Assembly: GCA_017412115.1 (NCBI GenBank)
Contig: JAFPYR010000098.1
Span: 101,171 to 165,170, forward strand
DNA: 64,000 nt
Source: Bacteroidales bacterium
GTDB lineage: Bacteria > Bacteroidota > Bacteroidia > Bacteroidales > UBA3824
Direction: 5' to 3'
The position numbers and the translations under genes are program-made. Numbering within the stretch: the first letter of the stretch is position 1; the number at the start of each line of letters is the position of its first letter. Below, in pieces: positions 27,027 through 35,422 of the stretch. The notes beneath the pieces were generated by a model. The model was not told the origin of the DNA and did not search any database. It saw nothing but the letters and a program-made list of their open reading frames with translations.

Positions 27027-30000
27027 ATGACAAAAACTTTTCAACTCATATTTTTTTTAACGCTCTTTGCGCTAAAAATTTCGGCGCAAAACTATTACGT
27101 TAAAAAACTAACAACCTCCTTTGGTCTTAGTGATAACTGCGTTGTCAGTATCGCTCAAGACAAAGACGGCTGCATTTGGATTGCAACGGAAGAGGGTTTA
27201 AACCGTTTTGACGGTAATGAATTTGAGAAATTTTTTAAATCCGAGAGAAATCTTAACTCTCTGAGCGGCAACGAGTTGAATTGCATACTCGACGATCCTA
27301 CAGATTCCGTACTCTGGATAGCAACTCAAAGAGCCGGTCTTAACGCATACGATTATTCCAAAGGAAAATTCCGTATTTTCAACGCTGACAAAAACTCGCC
27401 CGACAGCCTTATTTCCGATGCCGTTACCAAAATCACACCGTCAAAAGACGGAAGTATTTGGATTGCAACTTATTGGTCTGGCGTGGATTATTACGACAAA
27501 GAAAATCAAAAATTCATTCATTATAATTCCAATACAATAAAAGACTGGAATCCTGACAATATTTGGACAGTCCTTGAGGGCAGCCATGATGAAATTTTCA
27601 TCGGATATATCCATCAAGGGCTTGGCATATATAACAGAAAATCAAGAAGTTTCAAACTTTTAAAACATATTGAGGGCGATAATGAATCTATTCCCTCAGA
27701 TGAGGTTTTGTCGATTTATGAAGATTTTGACCAAAACGTTTGGGTTGGTACTCGGGCAGGACTTGCGCTTTTGAATCGGGAAACGTTAAAATTCACTGAT
27801 TTCAACGAATTAATAAGTTTAGGAAAAACCGTTTACGATATTAAAATGGCAGAAAACCGCCGTTTATGGGTCGCAATGGAACAGGGCGGAATAGCGATTG
27901 CAGATTTTTCCAAACAAATTTCAACTCAAAACATCGAGGTTTTACGCTTAAAAGAAGAATATTCCGACAAAGGACTTTCCGGCAATTCGGTGCGCTGTAT
28001 CACAACCGACAAAAACGGCAATCTTTGGGCGGGAATTTGGAATGCCGGTCTTAATTTTATAAATCCTAAAGGCAATGTTTTCAGAGGAATTTTTTATTCG
28101 CCCAGAGCAGAAAATCCTTTGGACAAAAATACCAAAAACCTCAATTGCAAAAGTATTCTCTCCGTTACGGGCGACAACGAAGGCAGACTCTGGATCGGCA
28201 CCGACGGTGGAGGAATCAATGTTTTCTCGTTCGGAAAACGCATTGCCGTTTATAATTCCGAAAATTCAGGGCTAAAAAACAATTGTGTTCAGGCCGCATA
28301 CAAGGATTCTAAAGGAAATCTTTGGTTCGGAACTTTTCATGGCGGAATTGCAGTTTACGATTTCAAGTCCCAAAGCTTTCAACCGCTTGCCGAGGGTATG
28401 GATATTAGAGGTTTTTGCGCATACGACGAAAACCATATTATCGTGGCAACAAGTAGCGGCATTCTTTTGGCGGATATTGACAAAAAACAAATCGTCAGCT
28501 CTCATAAACTGCCGCAAAACCTTGTCAGAAACGTTTTAAAAGATAGTTACGGAAATATTTGGGCGGGAACTTTCGGGGGCGGACTTTTCATTTTGGACAG
28601 AGATTTTTCGGTCATAAAACGCTTTGACACCGACAACGGATTTCCCTCAAACACAGTCAATTACATAAAAGAAGATTCTCAAAAGCGCATCTGGGTTGCA
28701 ACAGGTGAAGGTTTGGTTTTCTTTGCCGAACATGAAAATTTTGATTTCAAGGTCATCTCCAAAAAAGCCGGTCTTAAAAATGCTCATATCCGTGCAATTT
28801 CAGAGGACAGATATTACAATATTTGGGTCAGCACCAATAGCGGAATTTCTTGTTATCTTCCTGAATATAAAAAAGTTAGAAACTATGATTCGCATTACGG
28901 CATACCCTCCGGAGAGTTTGCCTCCGGTGCGGTTTTTTACGGCGGTGACGGCGTGATGAATTTCGGCTCAGTAGCCGGTTTGTGCCGTTTTGTCCCAGAG
29001 GAAGTCCTCACCGAAAGAAACACCCCACAAGCCAAAATCGCAAAAATAAAAATTTATCTGCCCGGTGATTTGGAAAGCACTGACAGACAAAACGTTAAAA
29101 TAATTCATAACGCCGGCGGAAAAATCGTCTTAAAACATGACGAAAATAGTTTTGCAATATCGCTTTTTGTTGATAATTACGCACTTAGCAACATCATCGA
29201 ATATGCTACGATGTTGGAAGGCGCGGAAAAAAACTACTACCGCGTAAACGATGCCGAAAACGTAATTTTCAGAAATCTTTCGCCCGGAAAATACATGTTA
29301 AAAATAAAAACACGTTTTATCAGCAAAAATTTTGAAAGCAAAACAACGGATTTAAGGATTATCGTTTTGCCGCCATGGTATCAGACCAAAGCCGCAAATA
29401 CGTTTTACGTTTTGCTGATATTAGGTGCTATCTTCTTGAGTTTCAAGGCTTACAAACGGAGAGTTAATATCCGCGCCCAACTCAAATCCGAAAAAGAAAA
29501 CCGCGAAAAACAAGAGGCTCTCAACGAGGAAAAAATGCGTTTTTATACCAACATTGCGCACGAAATCCGCACGCCTTTGAGCCTTATCGTAGGACCTTTG
29601 GAAGATTTGGCAACCGATACCAAACTCGAGGAGAATGTCAGAAAAAAACTTAAACTCATAAATCAAAGCAGTCAAAAACTTCTCAAACTTGCTAACAACC
29701 TTTTGGATTTGCGCAAAACAGAAACCCGAAACAAAAAACTTTATATCACGCAAGGCATTTTAAATCAAGTAATTGAACAAGAGACTTTGAAATACAAAGA
29801 ACTCAATCGCAACAAAGATTTAGAAATAATTTATGAATGTGAAGAAAACGATTTTGAAATGTTTTTCGACAGACAATGTATTATTACGATTTTGGGCAAT
29901 TTGATAAGTAACTCACTGAAATACACCGAAAAAGGTTTCATCAAAGTATCACTTTCCAAAAGAGGAAATTATGCCGTTATCAGCGTTAAAGATACAGGTT

Positions 30001-31094
30001 ACGGCATTTCCAAAGAGGCGTTGCCGAAAATTTTTGACCGTTATTATCAGGAGCAGGGCACACATCAAGCCTCTGGTACGGGTATCGGACTCTCACTCGT
30101 GAAAAATTTAATAGAACTTCATCAAGGCAAAGTTGAAGTTTCAAGCGTTTTGGGCATAGGAACTGAATTTTTGGTTTCAATACCACTCGAAGGCAAATAC
30201 GAAACCTCTGATAATGAGGAACTTCAAGAAATCATAAAAGATAAAAACCTTGAAGAAAACAACAAACTCGACTCTCAAGAAACAGAATCTTCCAAACCCG
30301 TAGTCTTGTCTGTTGAGGACAATACCGACATTCAGGAATACATCAGAATTTCGCTTTCGCAGAAATATACTATTATAACGGCTCACAACGGCAAATTAGG
30401 AATCCAAGCAGCGTTAGAAAAAATTCCCGACATTATCGTTTCGGACATTATGATGCCCGTAAAAAACGGAATCGAACTTTGCAAAGCCATTAAAAACGAT
30501 ATTCGTACAAGCCACATTCCCGTCATACTTTTAACGGCAAAAGATACGCTCGAAGACAAAACAGAAGGGTACGATGCTGGTGCTGATAGTTATCTTACAA
30601 AACCTTTCAGCGCAACACTTTTGGCAAGCCGTATAGAAAATCTTTTGGAAAAGAAACACCGTCTTAAAGAATTTTTCTCGGCAAAAACGCCAGTAGAACC
30701 CGTTAAAAAGGCAGAGGCAACATTAAAAAACCAAAAAGAAGAAATCATAAAAAGCCTTAACCCCTTAGATGCGGAATTTATAGAAAAAACCGACAAAATC
30801 ATTTCGGAAAACATCGAAAACCCTGATTTCTCGGTTACAATGCTTTGCGAAAAAAATTTCATGTCCACAAGTTCGCTTTATAGAAAATTAAAAGCACTGA
30901 CAGGAATAAGCCCGAACGAATACATCAGAAAAATTAAAATGCAAACCGCAGGAAAACTTTTATCCGAGGGACGGTATTCTATTGCAGAGGTCGCTTTCAA
31001 AGTCGGAATCAGAACGGAAGATTATTTCCGTCAATGCTTTAAAGACGAATTCGGAGTAGTCCCGAGCGAATTTTTAAAAGAGATTTCGCAATAA
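27027..31094 (+). CDS. Hybrid two-component system (HTCS): periplasmic beta-propeller/Y_Y_Y sensor, histidine kinase, receiver, AraC-type HTH
   Basis: Signal peptide. Repeated sensor blades (IWIAT, LWVAT, GLNRFD). TM segment FYVLLILGAIFLSF. H-box NIAHEIRTPLS. HATPase motifs DTGYGI and GTGIGLS. Receiver VLSVEDN...SDIMMP...LTAK. C-terminal AraC HTH. Confidence 0.9.
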   Translation: MTKTFQLIFFLTLFALKISAQNYYVKKLTTSFGLSDNCVVSIAQDKDGCIWIATEEGLNRFDGNEFEKFFKSERNLNSLSGNELNCILDDPTDSVLWIATQRAGLNAYDYSKGKFRIFNADKNSPDSLISDAVTKITPSKDGSIWIATYWSGVDYYDKENQKFIHYNSNTIKDWNPDNIWTVLEGSHDEIFIGYIHQGLGIYNRKSRSFKLLKHIEGDNESIPSDEVLSIYEDFDQNVWVGTRAGLALLNRETLKFTDFNELISLGKTVYDIKMAENRRLWVAMEQGGIAIADFSKQISTQNIEVLRLKEEYSDKGLSGNSVRCITTDKNGNLWAGIWNAGLNFINPKGNVFRGIFYSPRAENPLDKNTKNLNCKSILSVTGDNEGRLWIGTDGGGINVFSFGKRIAVYNSENSGLKNNCVQAAYKDSKGNLWFGTFHGGIAVYDFKSQSFQPLAEGMDIRGFCAYDENHIIVATSSGILLADIDKKQIVSSHKLPQNLVRNVLKDSYGNIWAGTFGGGLFILDRDFSVIKRFDTDNGFPSNTVNYIKEDSQKRIWVATGEGLVFFAEHENFDFKVISKKAGLKNAHIRAISEDRYYNIWVSTNSGISCYLPEYKKVRNYDSHYGIPSGEFASGAVFYGGDGVMNFGSVAGLCRFVPEEVLTERNTPQAKIAKIKIYLPGDLESTDRQNVKIIHNAGGKIVLKHDENSFAISLFVDNYALSNIIEYATMLEGAEKNYYRVNDAENVIFRNLSPGKYMLKIKTRFISKNFESKTTDLRIIVLPPWYQTKAANTFYVLLILGAIFLSFKAYKRRVNIRAQLKSEKENREKQEALNEEKMRFYTNIAHEIRTPLSLIVGPLEDLATDTKLEENVRKKLKLINQSSQKLLKLANNLLDLRKTETRNKKLYITQGILNQVIEQETLKYKELNRNKDLEIIYECEENDFEMFFDRQCIITILGNLISNSLKYTEKGFIKVSLSKRGNYAVISVKDTGYGISKEALPKIFDRYYQEQGTHQASGTGIGLSLVKNLIELHQGKVEVSSVLGIGTEFLVSIPLEGKYETSDNEELQEIIKDKNLEENNKLDSQETESSKPVVLSVEDNTDIQEYIRISLSQKYTIITAHNGKLGIQAALEKIPDIIVSDIMMPVKNGIELCKAIKNDIRTSHIPVILLTAKDTLEDKTEGYDAGADSYLTKPFSATLLASRIENLLEKKHRLKEFFSAKTPVEPVKKAEATLKNQKEEIIKSLNPLDAEFIEKTDKIISENIENPDFSVTMLCEKNFMSTSSLYRKLKALTGISPNEYIRKIKMQTAGKLLSEGRYSIAEVAFKVGIRTEDYFRQCFKDEFGVVPSEFLKEISQ

Positions 31095-31164
31095 ATATTT
31101 TTTTTCATTAATTTTAATTTTTGTTAATCCTGCAACATTTAGAGTTTTTTTACGTCAAAAATAG

Positions 31165-31172
31165 TAAATTTG
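31165..31172 (+). promoter_or_regulatory. Candidate -7 element taaatttg
   Basis: It matches TAnnTTTG 37 nt upstream of ATG 31209. It overlaps the ORF-track start at 31170, which argues against that start. Confidence 0.4.
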
Positions 31173-31208
31173 CAATTAAAAATTTTTTCAATACACAAAA
31201 GAACTAAC

Positions 31209-32264
31209 ATGAAAAGAATTATATTTAGCATAATACTTTTAATCTCTTGTTTTTCAGGCTTTTCACAAGAAAATTTAGGCCCAATCAAATGGCTGACATT
31301 TCAAGAAGCAGAAAAACTTGATTCCACAGAAAACCGCCCTTTCTTAATTGATGTTTACACCGATTGGTGTGGCTGGTGCAAAAGAATGATGGCAACTACC
31401 TTTCAGCACAAACAATTAGCTGAATACATAAACAGTAATTTCTATTGCATAAGATTTAATGCCGAAACCGAAGACACAATTAAATTTTTAGGTAAAACTT
31501 GGACCTCTGACGGAAGAAACAACCGTCTTGCCGTCCATCTGTTAAACGGGCAAATGTCTTATCCGACAATAGTTTACATGGACAAAAAAAAGAACGTTTA
31601 CCCTGTTCCCGGATACAGAGATGTCAAAAATATCGAACCGCTTTTGGTATATTTCGCAGAAGAACTCACCGACAATATCAACCCGGACGAGTTTGAACTC
31701 CTCTACATGCTGAAATATCCCGAACATTACAAAGACAATCTCGCTAAAATTAAAAACGCTAAAAACGATACTTTAGGAAAAATTCAGTGGAAAAGCTTTC
31801 AAGAGATTACTGAATTGTCAAAAGAAAATCCCAAACCGATTCTTATTGACGTTTATATTGATGACAAATACCGCGGATACGTTCCCTACTGGTCGATGAA
31901 CGCCTCTATTCACGAAGGAGTCGTTTTAAAAGACAAAAAACTCTGCGATTATATCAACGAAAATTATTATCCCGTAAGATTTGAGGCTACAACTTTAGAT
32001 ACAATTTATTGGTTTGACCCGCTAAAAGAACACCCGTTCGTTTCATTAGGCGAAAATATGCCAAACCAATTCACAAATGCCTTAATGCATGATAATTACA
32101 AATTCCCGGCAATGTTTTTCTTCGATAAAAAACGCAACTATTTATCGAAAATAAACGATTTTTTCTCCCCGGAATTTTTACTCATAGTCTCTAAATTTTA
32201 CGCAACAGAAGCATACAAAACCCAAAATTTTGAAGCTTTTTATAGGAAAAACGCAAACAATTGA
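31209..32264 (+). CDS. Secreted tandem thioredoxin-fold (DUF255/thioredoxin_7-like) protein; only the first module keeps a CxxC
   Basis: Signal peptide MKRIIFSIILLISCFSGFSQ. Module 1 reads FLIDVYTDWCGWCKRM. Module 2 is a paralogous repeat (ILIDVYIDDKYRGYVPYW) without cysteines. Confidence 0.7.
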   Translation: MKRIIFSIILLISCFSGFSQENLGPIKWLTFQEAEKLDSTENRPFLIDVYTDWCGWCKRMMATTFQHKQLAEYINSNFYCIRFNAETEDTIKFLGKTWTSDGRNNRLAVHLLNGQMSYPTIVYMDKKKNVYPVPGYRDVKNIEPLLVYFAEELTDNINPDEFELLYMLKYPEHYKDNLAKIKNAKNDTLGKIQWKSFQEITELSKENPKPILIDVYIDDKYRGYVPYWSMNASIHEGVVLKDKKLCDYINENYYPVRFEATTLDTIYWFDPLKEHPFVSLGENMPNQFTNALMHDNYKFPAMFFFDKKRNYLSKINDFFSPEFLLIVSKFYATEAYKTQNFEAFYRKNANN

Positions 32265-32335
32265 CACAATTGACAATTGACAATTAACAATTGACAATTG
32301 ACAATTCATAATTGACAATTAATAATTCATAATTC
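32257..32335. repeat. Heptanucleotide tandem array (ACAATTG)n, about 11 units, degenerating to ATAATTC
   Basis: The units read acaattg acacaattg acaattg acaatta acaattg acaattg acaattc ataattg acaatta ataattc ataattc. The array starts inside the last codons of the upstream gene and fills the whole spacer up to rlmN. Confidence 0.9.
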
Positions 32336-32342
32336 AGATAAA

Positions 32343-33365
32343 GTGGAAAAAGATTTTTTGTTCGGAAAAACGTTAGCAGAACTGCAAGAAACGGTTTTAG
32401 AATTAGGATTACCCAAATTTACAGCCAAACAATTAGCCGACTGGCTTTACAAAAAAAATATCACAGAGATTGACCAAATGACCAACCTCTCCAAAAAAGC
32501 AAGAGCATTGTTGGAAGAAAAATTCATTGTCGGTCTAACAGCTCCCGTAAAAGAAACCGTTTCTAAAGACGGCACAAAAAAATATCTTTTTTCTTCAGGC
32601 GAAAACCGTTTCGTAGAGGCGGCTTACATTCCCGACAAAGACCGCGCAACTCTCTGTCTCTCATGTCAAACGGGTTGCAAAATGGGTTGCAAATTCTGTA
32701 ACACCGGCTTACAAGGATTTGCCGGCAATCTCAACGTCAATCAAATCCTCAATCAAATAAAATCTCTGCCCGAAAAAGACAATCTCACAAATCTCGTTTT
32801 TATGGGCATGGGCGAGCCGATGGACAATTTACAAAACATCATGAAAGCCCTCGAAATCTTAACCTCCGATTACGGTTTTGCAATGTCGCCGCACAGAATC
32901 ACCCTCTCTACGGTAGGCATAATGCCCGCATTAAAAGAATTTTTGGACAAAACCGATGTACATTTAGCCGTTTCTGTTCATAACCCGTTCTCTAAAGAAA
33001 GAGCAGAAATAATGCCTATCGAAAAAGCTCAACCTTTAGAAAGAGCATTAATGGAAATCGAAAAACACGACTTCCGCCACCAAAGACGTTTTTCGGCGGA
33101 ATATATTATGATTCAGGGTTTTAACGATACTCCGACTCACGCCCGCAAATTAGCGGAAATCCTAAAAAACATTCCCTCAAGAGTAAATCTTATCCGCTAT
33201 CACGAACACCCCGGAAGCGATTTCAAATCATCCTCCGAAATCAGAATCCGTGAGTTTCAGGAAATTTTGAACTCAAAAAATATTATCACAACCGTAAGAG
33301 CCTCAAGAGGAGAAGATATTTTTGCCGCTTGCGGACTACTGAGCACCAAAGAAATGAAAAAATAA
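32343..33365 (+). CDS. rlmN: 23S rRNA/tRNA (adenine-C2)-methyltransferase RlmN, radical SAM
   Basis: Radical-SAM cluster CKMGCKFC, GMGEPMDN, and C-terminal IFAACGLL. The apparent start is GTG. Confidence 0.85.
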   Translation: MEKDFLFGKTLAELQETVLELGLPKFTAKQLADWLYKKNITEIDQMTNLSKKARALLEEKFIVGLTAPVKETVSKDGTKKYLFSSGENRFVEAAYIPDKDRATLCLSCQTGCKMGCKFCNTGLQGFAGNLNVNQILNQIKSLPEKDNLTNLVFMGMGEPMDNLQNIMKALEILTSDYGFAMSPHRITLSTVGIMPALKEFLDKTDVHLAVSVHNPFSKERAEIMPIEKAQPLERALMEIEKHDFRHQRRFSAEYIMIQGFNDTPTHARKLAEILKNIPSRVNLIRYHEHPGSDFKSSSEIRIREFQEILNSKNIITTVRASRGEDIFAACGLLSTKEMKK

Positions 33366-33452
33366 AAAAATCAAAAAAAAACTTAACAAATACAATACTT
33401 TATATAAAAAAATTGTTATCTTTGTATTGACAATATAAAAAGCACGAAGAAC

Positions 33453-34838
33453 ATGAAAAAAATTTTAACAGCTGCATTGTTGAGCGTGTTTTTGGGAACT
33501 CAAGTAAATGCCCAAAATGAAAAATGGTTTGATGATAAAGGAAAAATTCTTCCGCAATATCTTGATGATAAAGGACTTTTAGCGGACGAATTTTTGCCTG
33601 ATGCATACGAATTTACGTCAATAGAACAGGCTTTGGCTACGCCTGAAAGAGTTATTAAACTAAACCTTGCGGAAAAAGGTCTTACGGAAATTCCTCCGGA
33701 GGTATTCCATTTTCCAAATCTCCAAATTCTTGACCTTTGGGAAAATATGATTACGGAAGTACCCAAAGGAATTTCTCAACTGACAAACCTTCAGTATTTG
33801 GCTCTCAACAACAACAAAATCAGCAAGATTTCTCCTCAAATCGGAGAACTGAAAAACCTTTTGATGTTGGATTTGGAACAAAACGAACTCACAAGTCTGC
33901 CGGAAGAAATTTCTGAATTGGAAAATCTTGCCGACCTTGTTTTGGGCGAAAACAAACTTACTGCCCTACCCAAAAATATCGGAAAAATAACCACGCTGAC
34001 CAACCTTTCGGCTCCGAATAATCAAATCAAAACGCTGCCCGAAAGTATCGGTGGTTTTATGATGCTCCAAAGTTTGGATATCTCTGACAACCAAATCGAA
34101 AAACTGCCTTCATCGGTAAGCGGCCTTCAGACGTTGATGATTTTTGACCTTCACAACAACAATTTGAAAGAACTTCCGGAGGATATTTGCAAGTTAGCTC
34201 AACTGCCTTATCTTAATGTCAGAGGCAACAATCTTACAACTTTGCCAAAAAATATCGGAAAAATGAATTTCCTTCAAATGTTGGATTTGAGCAAAAACCA
34301 TATCGCAATCCTGCCAGCCTCTATCGGCGAACTCAAGATGATTCAGGATTTGGACGTATCAGAAAACGAACTTACAAATCTGCCTAAATCTTTAGGAAGT
34401 TTGTTTTTTATGTCAAAACTGAATTTGGCTGACAACAAAATCTCAAAATTTCCCGAAGTAGGACAATTAATCAACCTCAAAGAACTCGTTCTTGACGGTA
34501 ACAATTTTGAGGCTTTGCCGGCTACGGTTACTAAAATCAGCGGTTTGGAAAAACTTTCTGCCGCTACCAACAATTTGAAAAACTTGCCGGAAGATTTCGG
34601 CAAACTGCTTAAACTTCAGAGCCTTAACCTTAGTTACAACGATATTGACCAAATTCCGCAATCATTCTCAAAACTTGAGAATTTAACAGAATTGAACTTA
34701 GCAAAAAATAAACTTTCCGGTTTTCCCGATATTATGAAAACCTCTAAATTTTTGTCGGTTTTGGACTTATCGTTAAATGAGATAAATGACGGCGAAAAAG
34801 AAAAAATAAAAGCCGCTTATCCGTTTGCAAAACTCTAA
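33453..34838 (+). CDS. Secreted leucine-rich repeat (LRR) protein
   Basis: Signal peptide ...TQVNAQ. About 16 consecutive 23-aa LxxLxLxxNxLxxLPxxI repeats. Confidence 0.85.
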   Translation: MKKILTAALLSVFLGTQVNAQNEKWFDDKGKILPQYLDDKGLLADEFLPDAYEFTSIEQALATPERVIKLNLAEKGLTEIPPEVFHFPNLQILDLWENMITEVPKGISQLTNLQYLALNNNKISKISPQIGELKNLLMLDLEQNELTSLPEEISELENLADLVLGENKLTALPKNIGKITTLTNLSAPNNQIKTLPESIGGFMMLQSLDISDNQIEKLPSSVSGLQTLMIFDLHNNNLKELPEDICKLAQLPYLNVRGNNLTTLPKNIGKMNFLQMLDLSKNHIAILPASIGELKMIQDLDVSENELTNLPKSLGSLFFMSKLNLADNKISKFPEVGQLINLKELVLDGNNFEALPATVTKISGLEKLSAATNNLKNLPEDFGKLLKLQSLNLSYNDIDQIPQSFSKLENLTELNLAKNKLSGFPDIMKTSKFLSVLDLSLNEINDGEKEKIKAAYPFAKL

Positions 34839-34852
34839 AAAAAAGAAAAAAA

Positions 34853-35335
34853 ATGAAAATACGTACCGGATTCGGTTATGACGTTCACCGCCTTCAAGAA
34901 GGACTTCCCTTTTGGTTAGGCGGCATCAAAATAGATCATTATAAAGGTGCAGTCGGACATTCTGATGCCGACTGCCTTATTCATGCAATATGCGATGCAC
35001 TGCTCGGTGCCGCTAACAAAAGGGATATCGGTTATTGGTTTCCCGATACTTCAGAAGAATTCAAAGGCATTGATTCCAAAATTTTATTACAAAAAACCTG
35101 TGATATAATCCGTCAGGCAGGTTATGAAATCTCTAACATCGATTCCACGATATGCCTTCAAAAACCTAAAATTAAGGATTATATACCTAAAATGCAGGAA
35201 ATACTTACCAAAACTGCTCAAGTGGACGGGGATTGTATCAGCATAAAAGCCACAACCGAAGAAAAACTCGGTTTTACCGGCACTGAAGACGGTATCGCTT
35301 GTTATGCCGTATGCCTGATTTTTAAGAAAGACTGA
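34853..35335 (+). CDS. ispF: 2-C-methyl-D-erythritol 2,4-cyclodiphosphate synthase
   Basis: GFGYDVHRL, GHSDADCLIHAICDALLGA, and KATTEEKLGFTG. The length of 160 aa is typical. Confidence 0.92.
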   Translation: MKIRTGFGYDVHRLQEGLPFWLGGIKIDHYKGAVGHSDADCLIHAICDALLGAANKRDIGYWFPDTSEEFKGIDSKILLQKTCDIIRQAGYEISNIDSTICLQKPKIKDYIPKMQEILTKTAQVDGDCISIKATTEEKLGFTGTEDGIACYAVCLIFKKD

Positions 35336-35422
35336 TTTAAAGAAAAAAAAGTCTTAAAAAAAACGCTTTAAGGCATGAATTATGCTGTAAAAAAAGTGGA
35401 TTAAAAAATCTGCTTATTTGAA

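Noticed and set aside
31170-31208. The ORF-track start at 31170 for the thioredoxin-like gene, and analogous long starts at 21578, 38318 and 43767.
   Set aside because: Internal ATGs give canonical signal peptides or lipoboxes, or leave room for -7 promoter motifs that would otherwise lie inside the ORF.
32257-32335. Possibility that the short repeats represent a CRISPR array.
   Set aside because: The units are 7 nt with no spacers, and no cas genes are present. This is a simple-sequence tandem repeat, not a CRISPR.
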